NCBI GenBank assembly: GCA_963717145.1
Contig: OY970325.1
Location: 4,704,001-4,768,000 of the forward strand
Direction of reading: 5' to 3'
DNA length: 64,000 nucleotides
Source of the DNA: an uncultured Armatimonadetes bacterium
GTDB lineage: Bacteria; Armatimonadota; UBA5829; DTJY01
In this document: one piece after another, positions 1 through 10,752 of the stretch
How positions within the stretch are numbered: position 1 is the first letter of the stretch
Layout of the letters: the number at the start of each line of letters is the position of its first letter
The notes under the pieces: model-generated
Told to the model about the DNA's origin: nothing
What the model saw: only the letters and a program-made list of their open reading frames with translations
Databases searched by the model: none
Program-made: the position numbers and the translations under genes

Positions 1-894
1 CTTCCTCGGTACGTTCTCCGCCTCGGACAGCGAAAGCTGACCCTCCCGAATAGCATCCCGGTCAATATTGAAGTTCGCCTCGCCCGTGACTTTGTCCTTG
101 TTCCAGCAGACTCTCAGGAACTTCTCGAGTCCCAGCAGGCTGCCACTGCCGAAGATCAGTCCGTAGATGTTCCCCGACTCATCCTTTTTTATCGAGAACG
201 GGGCAAGGTAATATTCCCTGTCCTTCGGAATCCACCGCTGGTAGTAGTCTGCGATGAACCGATGGATGTCATTCGGTGGGACGGCCTGTATATCTTCCCT
301 GGGAATCGGGAAGCGCTGCTGGGTCGATTCCTCATCCACAAACCGTCTTATGAAGGAGGAGGAGATGAAGATTATGATGTCAGTTGTTGAACAGCCGGCT
401 AGTTTCGAGAATACCGCCTTGTCAATCTGACTGTACCCGCACTGGTCCAAGATCACAAGATTGGCGCTGTCTTTGGCTTCGATATCGGCCAGTTCCTGTG
501 CCAGAGCCTGCTGAAAATCCATGTTTTCGACACAAACGGAGAATACGGGGTGCTTTCCGATCTTCGCCAACTCATGCTTCAGTCGATCGGTATTCTCACG
601 CTTTGCATCGTTGAAGAACAAGCCTACCTGTACACCGGCCGTCTTTTGCCTCGCGGGATCATCCAGATACCGCGTGATCTCATCGATGATGATCAGCGGG
701 CTGCCTGGATTGCCGCTAGCGTCACATCCAGGACCTGAAAAGAAATCGTAGATATTGACATGTTTCCACCGACTCGATGGAGTGAGGAATACGGGAATCC
801 ACTCCTGCAGATATCCCCGGAATATCTCCAGCTTCAGTCTAGTGGCACTGTCGAACTGCCTGTCATGGAACCTGCCCTGCGCAATACGCGTCAT
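1..894 (-). CDS. tcmP: Three-Cys-motif partner protein TcmP-like (methyltransferase fold), 3' end runs off the window
   Basis: Not in the ORF track because no stop lies in the window. Manual translation from ATG at 894 gives MTRIAQGRFHDRQFDSATRLKLEIFRGYLQEWIPVF...IYDFFSGPG...GSPL, matching the KLxxxxxYL / D.F.GPG / GSP motifs of TcmP. Confidence 0.8.
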   Translation of the reverse strand, partial: MTRIAQGRFHDRQFDSATRLKLEIFRGYLQEWIPVFLTPSSRWKHVNIYDFFSGPGCDASGNPGSPLIIIDEITRYLDDPARQKTAGVQVGLFFNDAKRENTDRLKHELAKIGKHPVFSVCVENMDFQQALAQELADIEAKDSANLVILDQCGYSQIDKAVFSKLAGCSTTDIIIFISSSFIRRFVDEESTQQRFPIPREDIQAVPPNDIHRFIADYYQRWIPKDREYYLAPFSIKKDESGNIYGLIFGSGSLLGLEKFLRVCWNKDKVTGEANFNIDRDAIREGQLSLSEAENVPRK

Positions 895-1206
895 GCAAAC
901 CGCTCCGTTCCGGAAGTGGCTTGTTCCTCGAAGATCGAACGCTCACAACCTAACTCCCCGTATTATAGCACACCGCTGATAGCACATGCGACTGTTGCAC
1001 AGAGCACGGGCGCATTTCCGTAGAGTGGGTCAGCCTCTCGTTATGCCACCAGAGTGGCTACTCGAGGAGAACGGTTGGGTGGTCTGCCAAGGTTCCCAAG
1101 CCCCAACCGTCTAGTCTCGAGTAGGTTTCTCTGGAAACCATAACGAGAGACGGTCGCCACCCACTCAACTCGAATGCACCCACAGAGCACGGGCGATGCC
1201 CGTCTG

Positions 1207-4200
1207 CTATCCCGTTCGCTCGATCACGATGATCGCCGTGTCGTCCCGGCGATCTCCGCCTGACCACTCGGTCGATGCCTGGACGAGCGCCTGAACGATC
1301 TCCTCGGGGGGACGCCCGCCGTTCTCCTTCACCACGCGCTCGATGCCTTCGCGCCCGAAGAGGTCCGAGGTGCGTCTCGCCTCGTGCAGGCCGTCGGTAT
1401 ACAGGACCAGCTTGTCCCCGACCTCCATGTGCGCGCAATCCTCCTCGTACCGATGCTGATCCAGCACCCCGAGGATCAGCCCCGCCGTCTTCGAGCCAGT
1501 GCACCTCACCCGTCCCCGCATGATAGATGGCGGGCGGGGGATGTCCCGCGCTGGAATAACACATGCGCCCGTCGGAGTCCAGTGTCACGAGGAGGAGAGT
1601 GAGGAACAGCGACGGGTCTTCCTTCGCGTCCTTGAGCACGTTGTTCGTATGACTGAGCGCCTCGTCGGTAACGTTGAGGTCATAGGTGAAGGCCCGAGCC
1701 GTGCTGCGGGCGGCGGCGGCAAGCGAGGCGGCGGGTATCCCCTTGCCGGATACATCGCCGATGAGGGCGGCCATCAGGCCTTTCTCGGTCGGGAAGAGAT
1801 CGTAGAAGTCGCCGCCGATCTCCGCTCCGGGTATCGGCAGGTATGTCGAGGCGATCTCGTAGCCGGGGAACTTCGGCGTCTTATCGGGCAGGAGCGCCCG
1901 CTGGAGGAGCGAGTAGTTGCGCGCCAGCGCCTCCTCGGTCCGCTTGCGCTCGGTGATGTCCTCCACAACGACGTTGATGGCGATCACCTCGCCGGACTCG
2001 TCCTTGATCGGCATCCATTGCTCGACGAACGTGCGCATCACGCCCGGCTGGGCCGGCGTCGTTCCGCTCAACTCAAAGTCGGCAACGCCTTCGCCTGACT
2101 CGAAGATGCGGCCCGCAAGCTCCTCGAACAACGAGGCGATATTCGGCAGCACTTCGCGTACCGTCCTGCCGATATGGTCACTGGCAGGAATGCCGTTGAG
2201 TCCCGCCAGCCGCTCATTTATGCGCACATAGCGCAAGTCTCGGTCAAATATGGCCAGCCCGACATGCGCGCCATCATAGATGGACTCGATCTCCTTTAGC
2301 TGTGCCCGGCTTCGTTCCTCGCTCTCCCTCAGCGCCTCCTCGGCCTCCCTGCGCTCCTCTTCGCGCAGCTTGCGTTGAATCCAGGCGTAGAGCACGGGCG
2401 CAACCCGGGCGGCAAGAGCGTCCAGGCTCTCACGGTCTTCTTCGGTGTATCCGCCTTCCTTGTTGGCCAGGTTCAGGAGTCCGATCGCCTCCCCTTGGAA
2501 CAAGATGGGCGTGGCCAGATTGCTGTAGATGATCGGATGACCGGGCGGCACACGCGGCGCCTTGTTCGTGAAGAGCGAGCGCTTCTCCGTCAGCGCGCGG
2601 GCCCACAGGCCGTTCCATTTCTCGGGCGGGTAGTGAATGCACTTGCCCTCGATCTCGCACTCATCCAGCATCTTCGACAGGCTCGGGCAAGTCAGATGGC
2701 CGGGCTCCGAGATATAGCCGAAGACTCCGTGCGTGCTGTCCATCTCCTCCTGAACCACGGCCAGCGCATGGTCGAATATGGCGTCCCCCTCATACTCGAC
2801 AAACGCGCGCAGGACGCGGTTGGCGAACAGTGTCCCGTCATGCTCCTTCCGCTCTCTCTCCTCGGCCTTCTTTCGCTCGGAGATATCAGAGACGTTGAGC
2901 GTCGCCATCAGCGGATTGCCGCTATCATCCTTCACCAGGCCGCCATAATAATCGAAGATACGCTGCCAATCCCTGTCGATACGCCGGACTCGTATCTCCC
3001 GGTTACGTATCTGCTCGCCGCGCAGTATCCGTGCCATAGGCCACTGATCCACTGGTATGAGCCTGCCGTCCAACTCCGAGAGCACGAAGGTATCGTCAAG
3101 CTCTGTCAGCAGCCGCTCTCCTTCTTCCGCGTTGGAGTATCCATGCATAGTTACTGAGGCCGGGTTCCAGTAGACCAGGCGGCCGTCGAGGTCGGCTACG
3201 ATCAGGCCTTCGGCGAGGCTATCAAGTACCGTCTGGAGCTTGGCCTTTTCCTCCTGGACGGCGGCTCGGACGGCCGCCTCGCGATCATACGCGGCGGCCT
3301 TCAGCCGGCCCCGACGATACGACTCGGCGACGGCGCTCATGAACAGCCCCATGCCGGTGAAGACGATCAAGCCCAGACGGTCCACAGGAGCTATTATGCC
3401 GAACTGACCGGTCGGCGGCAGGACCCAATACCACACCAGCGCGCCCGCCAGGGCCGTCGCCAGCAACCCCGGCCGGAAGCCGGCCATGACCGCCACCGCC
3501 ATGACCGCCGGGTAGAACGTGATGTATGTGGGCAATCCGGTGCCGACGCTCTCCGTCAGCGCCACCCGCAGTCCCATAGCGAGGCAGACCATCACGATCG
3601 CCAGCCCGTAGCGCAGGACCCATCCCAGAGTCGTGGGCTGCTCGAGGCTCGCCAGGAGACCACGCTCTCGCCAGGCTTCCTCGATATGCTCCATCGGGAT
3701 TCGCTTGGTACTGCTCCCTCTCAGCGAGGCCAGCACTGCGAAGACCATGTACAGCGTGCCCACGAACTGCGTGGACCGCGTGACCCATTGCAGGGGAGAG
3801 TCTACGATGGCAATCAACGCGGACCCCCCGAGACCCGTGGCCAGCAACACCAGGCCCAGCGCGTACCACTGGAGGAATGGGGAGGGCTTATGGCGATTCG
3901 TCTGCCGGAGAATGCCCGCCGTCACGAGAAAGAGCATCACGGCCAGGCCGACAACAACGGTGCGCAGGAGCGTCCCGCCCTGGCCCTCGACGAAGAAGGC
4001 CGGCATCCGGCCCGTGAACGCGAGCCGGACGATCAGGGCCATAACCGCCATGCTGCCCGCATAGGCGACTATCAACCAGGGAACGGCCCGCGTCGCTCGT
4101 ATCTTGCGGCGGGAGGCAACGACCACGCCGGTGAAGTGGCAGAGGGCGCCGAGTAGGGTAGATGTGTTGTAGACCGCGAAGCCCGCGCTCATCTCCCCCG

Positions 4201-4498
4201 TACCCAATGCCACCCGTATGGCGACCACCCCGATGTCCATCATCAGGATGCCGCAGCCGAGCATCAGGACGCTGGGCTGCCGACCAGACAGAAAACTATA
4301 CGCCGCCGGAATGGCAATGAACGCAATCCCTATTGCCACCGACCCATAGTGGAGGAGCCAGATCATGGCGGGCGAATGCCCGACAACCTGCAGGTTCGCC
4401 ACCCAAAGCGCCAGGATCGCCGCCAGGAGTATCGGGATCGGAAGCCACGCCCATCGGCTCAGACGGCTCATCTTATTGCTCGCGGGCTCGATGCTCAT
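1207..4498 (-). CDS. Membrane sensor with PAS/GAF/PAS and SpoIIE/RsbU-type PP2C phosphatase; split by one extra base at 1480-1483
   Basis: TM helices, PAS and GAF, then GGDFYD, IGDVSGKG and SAGHPP in ORF 1058..4498. LVLYTDGL and DDTAIIVI lie in another frame (ORF 1207..1521). Removing one C from the C4 run restores LEDGGLILGV and a protein of about 1096 aa. Confidence 0.85.
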
Positions 4499-7400
4499 GA
4501 CGCCGCCTTCTCAATCAGCAGCGGCTCGGCCGTGACGGGCTCGAGGCTGATCTCGATGCCGACGGTCGTGCCGCTCTCGTCCGTCGCAAGGTAGATCTTG
4601 TCAACGAACTGGATCATCATCTTGTAGCCCATCCCCAGAGTCCCCGCCGTCGAGTATCTGTTCCGCAGCGCCACATCCGGCAAGGCGAGCGCCGGGATGC
4701 CCGGTCCCCGATCGGATACAACTACTATAAGCGAATCCCCGGTCTGATGCAAGGACGCTTCTCCGCCGCTTGCATGCTTTACGGCATTGGTGGTGGCCTC
4801 GCCGACCGCGACTATCAGCTTCCCGAGCCTCGGCTCCTCGATGCCCGCTGAGACGGCGATCTCCTGGACCCCATGCCGCACCGTTCCGATATCCTTCGGG
4901 CTGCGAATCTCCCACGATGCCACGCTCGGCCCGGCGATCCGCTCGATCTCCGTCCTGTCCGCGATCGAGAGCTTGCCGTCGGTGGCCGCGAGGATCGTGC
5001 GCTGATAGAACTCGAGCTTGTGATCCTGCTCCTCTCTCACCGCGGCCTCGGCTTGCCGCAGCTTCGTCGAGTCGTAGTAATAGCAGACTACGCCGTATTC
5101 CCCGCTGGGCAGCTTCATGCGATGAAGCTCCCACTCGTATGACTCGACGATCTCCACGTCGTGGCGCGGGTTGGTGAAGCGCGGCGAGTAGTAGGGTTCG
5201 CCGGTCTCAAGGGTGTGGCGGAACAGAGCGAGGATGCCCTCGGCAACGTCGTCGGGCCACAGGATGTGCATCGCCTCGGTGAAGTCTCGCCCGATCACAG
5301 GCCGCACGTTTCGGAACGCGTCGTCCTGCGAGTTGGTGTTCATCTGCGCTATTCGGAACTGAGAATCAATCAGATAGACTCCGAACGGTGCGCGCTCGAT
5401 CAGCTCCGAGAAGGTCTGCTCGCTCTGCCTGAGCGCTTCCTCCGCCTTCTTGCGCTCGGTGATCTCGCGGCATGCCACGATCGCGCCGACGATCTTTCCG
5501 TCCTCGTCCTTGATCGGCGCGAAGTTGTAGCTGCCCCACCAAGTCTCCCCGCTCTCCTTGCGCCGCAGCATGTACTCGACATCGGATGCCATCTCTCCCC
5601 GGAGGGCGCGGGGCATTGCCCACATCTCCGGCGGCGCGGGGGTCCCGTCCTGGAAATAGGCTTCGAGATACTTGGGGCAGTCAGCGATCGTCCTGCTGCA
5701 CTCTTCCCGGTCCTTGAAACGATGGTAGCGGACGAATCCCTCGTTGAACTCGACTAGACGCCCCTCCGTATCGGCGATGAAGATCGCCTCAGTCATGCTC
5801 GCGAAGGCCGCCTGCAGTTTCGTTCGGCTCTCCCTCAACGCGTCCTCGGTCTTCTTGCGGTCGGAGATGTCGGCGGTGATACCGCCTACCGCGTATATCG
5901 TCCCCTGCGCGTCGCGAAGCGGGAACTTCGTCGTAAGCCAGGTAATCGAGCGGCCTGGTAGCTCGCTGTACTCCTCGAACTCCAGGGCTTTCCCCGCCTC
6001 GATCGCCTGCCGATCGTTTGCCTCGTGCCGGTCCGCGTCGGCCTTGGGCATGAACTCGTGCCGTCTTCTTCCGATCATCTGCTCCGGCGTGGAGTCCAGC
6101 AGCTCTGCGAGTGCCCTATTCACCATCAGAAAGCGCTCTTCGAGATCGAGGGCATAGACAAGAGACGTGGCGTTGTCGATTATGCTCTGGATCTGCCTCT
6201 GAGCCGCGGCGAGCGCCTCCTCCGCCTGCTTGCGCTCGGTGATATCGCGGACCGAGGTCACGCCGAGAATAATTTTGCCATTCGCATCCCGAACCGGACG
6301 GCCGCTATTACTTCCGATGAACCGCTTGTTGATCGAGGGAATGTATTGTTCCAGTTCCCAGTCTGAAAAAGTTTCACCTCGCAACACGCGAGAGGGAGGC
6401 CATTCCTCCGGAGGAAGCTCACAGCCATCCATCGTCCGCACTTGTACATCCGCATAGTCACTCAGATGTCTAAGCATCTGCTCTTTCATTTCGTAGCCAT
6501 ACAGCTTCGCAGTTGCATCGTTAATCAGCGCCAAACTGCCATCCGTATTCCAAACCCCGACCGCCTCATCCAGGCTCTCGATGATGGCCAACAACTGCTT
6601 CCGTTCCTTTTCAAGCTCTTCCTCGGCCTGCTTGCGGTCGGTGATATCCATGTTGACGCCGATCATGCGGAGCGGCTCGCCGGATTCATCCCTGAACACC
6701 TGCCAGCGTGCGGCCAGCCAGTGGATGCTGCCGTCGGGCCAGACAACTCGCCATTCACCTTCCGTCGTCTCGCCCGTCTGGATGGAATGCTCTACGAGGC
6801 GCGTGGCATTGGCGCGGTCGTCGGGATGGATGAACTCCTGCCAGGCACTCGCCGTCCCGGCGAAGCCGCCCGGTCGGAGGCCGTACATCGCCTCCAACTC
6901 CGGCGTCCATGTGTTCGTGTCCGTCCGAATGTTCCACTCGAACGCGCCGAGGCGGGCCGCCGAGTGCGCCAACCTCAGCCGCTCCTCGCTCTCCCTCAGC
7001 GCCTCCTCGTCCTGGCGGTGCGCGGTGTCCGAGCGGCTGAGGTCGCGGGCGCTCCGCCAGAGGACGGCGGAGAAGATCAGGATCAACGCGACGACAAGCA
7101 GCCCGGTCCTCGATCCTGTTATCCCGAGCCCGGCGTACTCGAACTGCATCTTCGCGTGGCCGAGTACCAGGGGAACGACGATCAACCACGGGAGCATCCG
7201 GCGGAGGAGCTTCCCGCCCGCATCGTCCCGCAGGAGGAGCGCCATCGGGCCGCCGTCCGTCCGGCTGAATACCAGCCCGATGCCCAGGGATATCAGCGCG
7301 ATGACCGTCGGCCAGGCGATGTGCGTCAAACGGGGTTGCGCGAAGAAGGTTCCGACGCCGTAGAGGAAACCGACCGCCGGGATCAGGTTGATCATGGAGA

Positions 7401-7881
7401 TCGCCAAGCCCAGATACGGCGCGATCCTGCGCCTTCCGGACGCAAGACCCAGCAGGCCGATGCCGAGGAGAGTGAAACTCACCGATGCCGGTGGGCCGGG
7501 TCGGTTCGGGCTGCTTGTGGAGACCGCCCCGGGCGCTTCCGTCGCCAGGAGCTGGTCTATCCCGAGATTCCAGCCGAAAAGGTGCTGGCTCAGAGTGAGG
7601 GCGCCGATCAGAAGGATTACGACCGCGGCCACGGTCCCCACCGTCCGCCGCGCGGTATTCGGTCGTCCCGCGCTCAGGAGCACCAGGGCCAGACCGCCGA
7701 GAAACAGCGCGAGGGCAGTGTTCGTCTTGACGGTGAGAACCCCGCCCGCCGACCAATGAGCGCCGTACCCGGTGAACCACGCGACGAGCCAGAAAGCGCC
7801 GATGAGGATGGCGATCGTGCCTGCGAGGCGGATTCCCCAGCGGACGACCGGCGGCTGCGATGGTTGATCAGTCGAGTTCAT
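4495..7881 (-). CDS. Membrane multi-PAS sensor with C-terminal RsbT/RsbW-like HATPase (Ser/Thr kinase or anti-sigma) domain
   Basis: N-terminal TM region, about 5 PAS/PAC repeats (DIT.RK motifs), C-terminal EATTNAVKHA, DRGPGI and GTLGMG with no HisKA H-box. 4-nt overlap with the phosphatase gene. Confidence 0.85.
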   Translation of the reverse strand: MNSTDQPSQPPVVRWGIRLAGTIAILIGAFWLVAWFTGYGAHWSAGGVLTVKTNTALALFLGGLALVLLSAGRPNTARRTVGTVAAVVILLIGALTLSQHLFGWNLGIDQLLATEAPGAVSTSSPNRPGPPASVSFTLLGIGLLGLASGRRRIAPYLGLAISMINLIPAVGFLYGVGTFFAQPRLTHIAWPTVIALISLGIGLVFSRTDGGPMALLLRDDAGGKLLRRMLPWLIVVPLVLGHAKMQFEYAGLGITGSRTGLLVVALILIFSAVLWRSARDLSRSDTAHRQDEEALRESEERLRLAHSAARLGAFEWNIRTDTNTWTPELEAMYGLRPGGFAGTASAWQEFIHPDDRANATRLVEHSIQTGETTEGEWRVVWPDGSIHWLAARWQVFRDESGEPLRMIGVNMDITDRKQAEEELEKERKQLLAIIESLDEAVGVWNTDGSLALINDATAKLYGYEMKEQMLRHLSDYADVQVRTMDGCELPPEEWPPSRVLRGETFSDWELEQYIPSINKRFIGSNSGRPVRDANGKIILGVTSVRDITERKQAEEALAAAQRQIQSIIDNATSLVYALDLEERFLMVNRALAELLDSTPEQMIGRRRHEFMPKADADRHEANDRQAIEAGKALEFEEYSELPGRSITWLTTKFPLRDAQGTIYAVGGITADISDRKKTEDALRESRTKLQAAFASMTEAIFIADTEGRLVEFNEGFVRYHRFKDREECSRTIADCPKYLEAYFQDGTPAPPEMWAMPRALRGEMASDVEYMLRRKESGETWWGSYNFAPIKDEDGKIVGAIVACREITERKKAEEALRQSEQTFSELIERAPFGVYLIDSQFRIAQMNTNSQDDAFRNVRPVIGRDFTEAMHILWPDDVAEGILALFRHTLETGEPYYSPRFTNPRHDVEIVESYEWELHRMKLPSGEYGVVCYYYDSTKLRQAEAAVREEQDHKLEFYQRTILAATDGKLSIADRTEIERIAGPSVASWEIRSPKDIGTVRHGVQEIAVSAGIEEPRLGKLIVAVGEATTNAVKHASGGEASLHQTGDSLIVVVSDRGPGIPALALPDVALRNRYSTAGTLGMGYKMMIQFVDKIYLATDESGTTVGIEISLEPVTAEPLLIEKAAS

Positions 7882-8065
7882 GGTTCATCCGTGCTCTGAG
7901 CGAGAAAGCGCATCCGGCGCTGATGGCCTGGATGCATCGGCGGCGCTGGGATGGCTGGTGTGTCGCCTACTCCTTTACCCGCGAACTGCACACCCGAAAC
8001 CGCTGAGTCTGAAGATGACTGACGGTGGGCTCGCAGACCACGCCTTGGGTACTGCAAACCGGGAC

Positions 8066-8195
8066 CCGTCAGTCCTGAGTATGCCGGTGAATGACGGCAT
8101 GTAACGAAGGACGGCCTTGCTGCACCGAGGTTGGGTGGAGATGCGACCGCCCTTCGTTACATGCCGTCATTCACCGGCATACTCAGGACTAGCGG
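8066..8195. repeat. Long palindromic REP/REPIN-like element, family A, copy 1
   Basis: Arm agtcctgagtatgccggtgaatgacggcatgtaacgaagg followed by its reverse complement. Homologous to 10621, 26320 and 62025. Confidence 0.9.
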
Positions 8196-8222
8196 TGTGC
8201 TTGTTCGCGGCATACTCAGGAC

Positions 8223-9005
8223 TCACTTGCCTGGCACGCCTATGACCACCACCGTCGGGCGATGATCCGAAGTCCCATCCGTCAGCTTGGCCGGGATCTC
8301 GCTGCCTTCCCTAATGTCGTCCGCGAGCGACTTGGAAGTCCAAATCTGGTCAATCCGCTGTCCGACCGGTGGAGCGATGACAAACCCTGAAGCCCGAAGC
8401 GCGTCAGTGCTCTCTCTCTGGACCCCGTACTGGAAGTTCGCGTCGCCCATCATCACTGCCAGATGGGATGAATGCGGCTTCATCTGCTCGGCGAGATACC
8501 GTATCTCGCTCAACTGGCTCTTTGGTGACCGCAGGAGGTTGAAGTGCGCCACGAAGACATCGAGCGTGCGTCCGTCGGGAAGCTTCAGTCGTGCCTGCAG
8601 GGCCGCGCGGGTGAAATGGTCGGGAAACCCCTTCGCCGAGATGATGGGAAGCTTGCTGAACAGCGCGACGTTGAAGCGGCTCTTGCCGGATTTCGCCACG
8701 TAATAACGCATGCCCAGTTGCTTTGCGACCTGCTTTGCCACAGCATTGTCGTTCTTCTCCCACGAGCAGGCCTCCTGGATGCCCACTATGTCGGGGTTCA
8801 CGTACTTGATGACCGAGATCACCCGGTCCAGGCGGTTGCCGATCAGCTTACCCACGGTGTCTCGCTCGACGATCTTCGCCTCCGCCGGATCGACCCCCGC
8901 CCCGTACGCCACGTTGTAGGCCATCACGGTGAGCTTTGTGCCGTCGGAGGCATATGCCGACACGGAGAGAATAACGAGCATGATGAAAGCAAGATATCGC
9001 CCCAT
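8223..9005 (-). CDS. Secreted endonuclease/exonuclease/phosphatase (EEP) family protein
   Basis: Signal peptide from ATG 9005 (MGRYLAFIML), with motifs MAYNV, PDIVGIQE, MGDAN, RIDQIW and SDHRP. Confidence 0.85.
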   Translation of the reverse strand: MGRYLAFIMLVILSVSAYASDGTKLTVMAYNVAYGAGVDPAEAKIVERDTVGKLIGNRLDRVISVIKYVNPDIVGIQEACSWEKNDNAVAKQVAKQLGMRYYVAKSGKSRFNVALFSKLPIISAKGFPDHFTRAALQARLKLPDGRTLDVFVAHFNLLRSPKSQLSEIRYLAEQMKPHSSHLAVMMGDANFQYGVQRESTDALRASGFVIAPPVGQRIDQIWTSKSLADDIREGSEIPAKLTDGTSDHRPTVVVIGVPGK

Positions 9006-9058
9006 AACCTGTTCCTTTCCCGCCTGTTGGAACGATACGGCCCCGAGGTGAGGCGGCC

Positions 9059-9835
9059 CTAGACCGAGATCGAGAGCAGACCTGCCAGGTTTGATGCGTA
9101 GATGCGCCGGCGGTCGTCGTCGGAGAGGTTGCCGTAGTCGATCTTGTACCGCGCGGGGAGTGCGTACTGGAGCATCAACTCCGTGCCGAAGAGCAGCCGC
9201 TCGGATCCCACCTCCGCGACGAGCTTCCTCATGCAGTTCGTCGGGCCCTGGACCCCCGCGATGTCGGCGAAGAGGTTGCCCGAAGCGGATGTCTCCTTCA
9301 ACGCAGACACTATCTCCCCGAAGCGCCCCATGCTCAGCACGAACTTCGTCGCCGGATGCGCAATCGCCAGGTCCGCGACATCCCCAGCGGGAACAGCCGG
9401 GACCATGCATATCGGCGGATGATGTCGTTCGTCCCAGAGCCGGATGCTCACGAACACCGGCAGTCCCATCTCCGCCGCCTGATCCGCCAGCGCCGAGACC
9501 TCCGGTGAGGTCAATGTGTACTTGTGGTAGCCCGGGAAGATGCGGATCGCCACCGCACGGAGCGGCCCCGCAGAGCGCACCAGGTCCCGATCCCATCCGG
9601 GGTACGCCGGGTTGATCGCCGCCATCAGCATCAGGCGGTCATTCTTTCGCCATATTTCCTGTCGGATCTCCTCGTTCGCTTCATGGGCGTTCGAGTAGAA
9701 GGCGCCGGAGAGCGGGGTGACCAGTGCGCGGTCGATCCCGGCCCTGTCCATGAGCCGCACGAGGTCCGGCACGCTGCTGTTGCGCGAATGTACGAACGGC
9801 CGCCTGCCGACGAAAGCGCATGCATCGAAGCTCAT
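9059..9835 (-). CDS. Amidohydrolase_2 family protein with degenerate metal motif
   Basis: FDACAF in place of DxHxH; AAINP and ERLLFGT motifs; overlaps the upstream paralog by 4 nt. Confidence 0.75.
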   Translation of the reverse strand: MSFDACAFVGRRPFVHSRNSSVPDLVRLMDRAGIDRALVTPLSGAFYSNAHEANEEIRQEIWRKNDRLMLMAAINPAYPGWDRDLVRSAGPLRAVAIRIFPGYHKYTLTSPEVSALADQAAEMGLPVFVSIRLWDERHHPPICMVPAVPAGDVADLAIAHPATKFVLSMGRFGEIVSALKETSASGNLFADIAGVQGPTNCMRKLVAEVGSERLLFGTELMLQYALPARYKIDYGNLSDDDRRRIYASNLAGLLSISV

Positions 9836-10584
9836 CGGCGCGCCCTCCTCCTGAGAAGCCTCTGCATATTGCCGCCCAGGATCATCTCGCGGTCGGAATC
9901 GGAGATCTCCGCGCCGATGATCTTCGCCAGCGCGACGGGTAGATCGACCCCATGTGCGTCCGAGCCGAAGAGCACGCGTTCCGCGCCGAGTTCCTCCACC
10001 GCGTGTTCGATCATCCCGGCCTCGATGATGCTCCCGCTCGTGTCCACGTAGACGTTCGGGTAATCCCTGACCGTCTCGATCCCGCGCTCCCAGTCGCCGG
10101 CGATGTGGGCCATGATGATAGTGGCCCAGGGATACCTCCGCGCCAGTTCCGCGACGTGATGGGGCTTAGACTCGTGGGGCAGGTTGCCGGTCGCCTTGTG
10201 CCATGCATGCTGGAGGATGGGAATGCGGTACTGGATCGCCTTCTCGACGAGCGGGAAGACGCGCGGATCGTCGGCATATGCGGCGACCCAGAGCTTGATG
10301 CCCACCATGCCGAGTTCTTCGATGCACCGGCGCATCTCATCCAGCGATTCCTTGGGATAGACCGGGTTGAGGTAAGCGAATCCGAGCACCAGGCCGGGAT
10401 AGCGCTTCATGCACTTCGCGACATCGTCGTTCGCCTTGATGAAGACCTCGGGCGTCGGCTCGTAGGACCATTTTCGTCCGAGCGACGACGCGCACAACTG
10501 ATCGACCCCGAGCGCGGAGGCACTCTCGATCAGTTCCGGCTCGATCCCGGCGCCCTGCAGGTGGATGTGGCAATCGATGATCAT
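9832..10584 (-). CDS. Amidohydrolase_2 family protein
   Basis: IIDCHIH, IMAH, VYVDTS and RVLFGSD motifs. Confidence 0.85.
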   Translation of the reverse strand: MIIDCHIHLQGAGIEPELIESASALGVDQLCASSLGRKWSYEPTPEVFIKANDDVAKCMKRYPGLVLGFAYLNPVYPKESLDEMRRCIEELGMVGIKLWVAAYADDPRVFPLVEKAIQYRIPILQHAWHKATGNLPHESKPHHVAELARRYPWATIIMAHIAGDWERGIETVRDYPNVYVDTSGSIIEAGMIEHAVEELGAERVLFGSDAHGVDLPVALAKIIGAEISDSDREMILGGNMQRLLRRRARR

Positions 10585-10620
10585 GCGTTCTCTCTCCGGG
10601 TATTCCTGGGAAAGTCACCC

Positions 10621-10735
10621 ACCGTCAGTCCTGAGTGCGCCGGTGAATGACGGCGTGTAACGAAGGACGGCCTTGATGCACCGAGCCGTCCTTCGTTACA
10701 CGCCGTCATTCACCGGCGCACTCAGGACTAACGGT
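10621..10735. repeat. Palindromic element, family A, copy 2
   Basis: About 50-bp near-perfect inverted arms around a 13-nt loop. Confidence 0.9.
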
Positions 10736-10752
10736 ATCGGCTTTCTTGCCGA

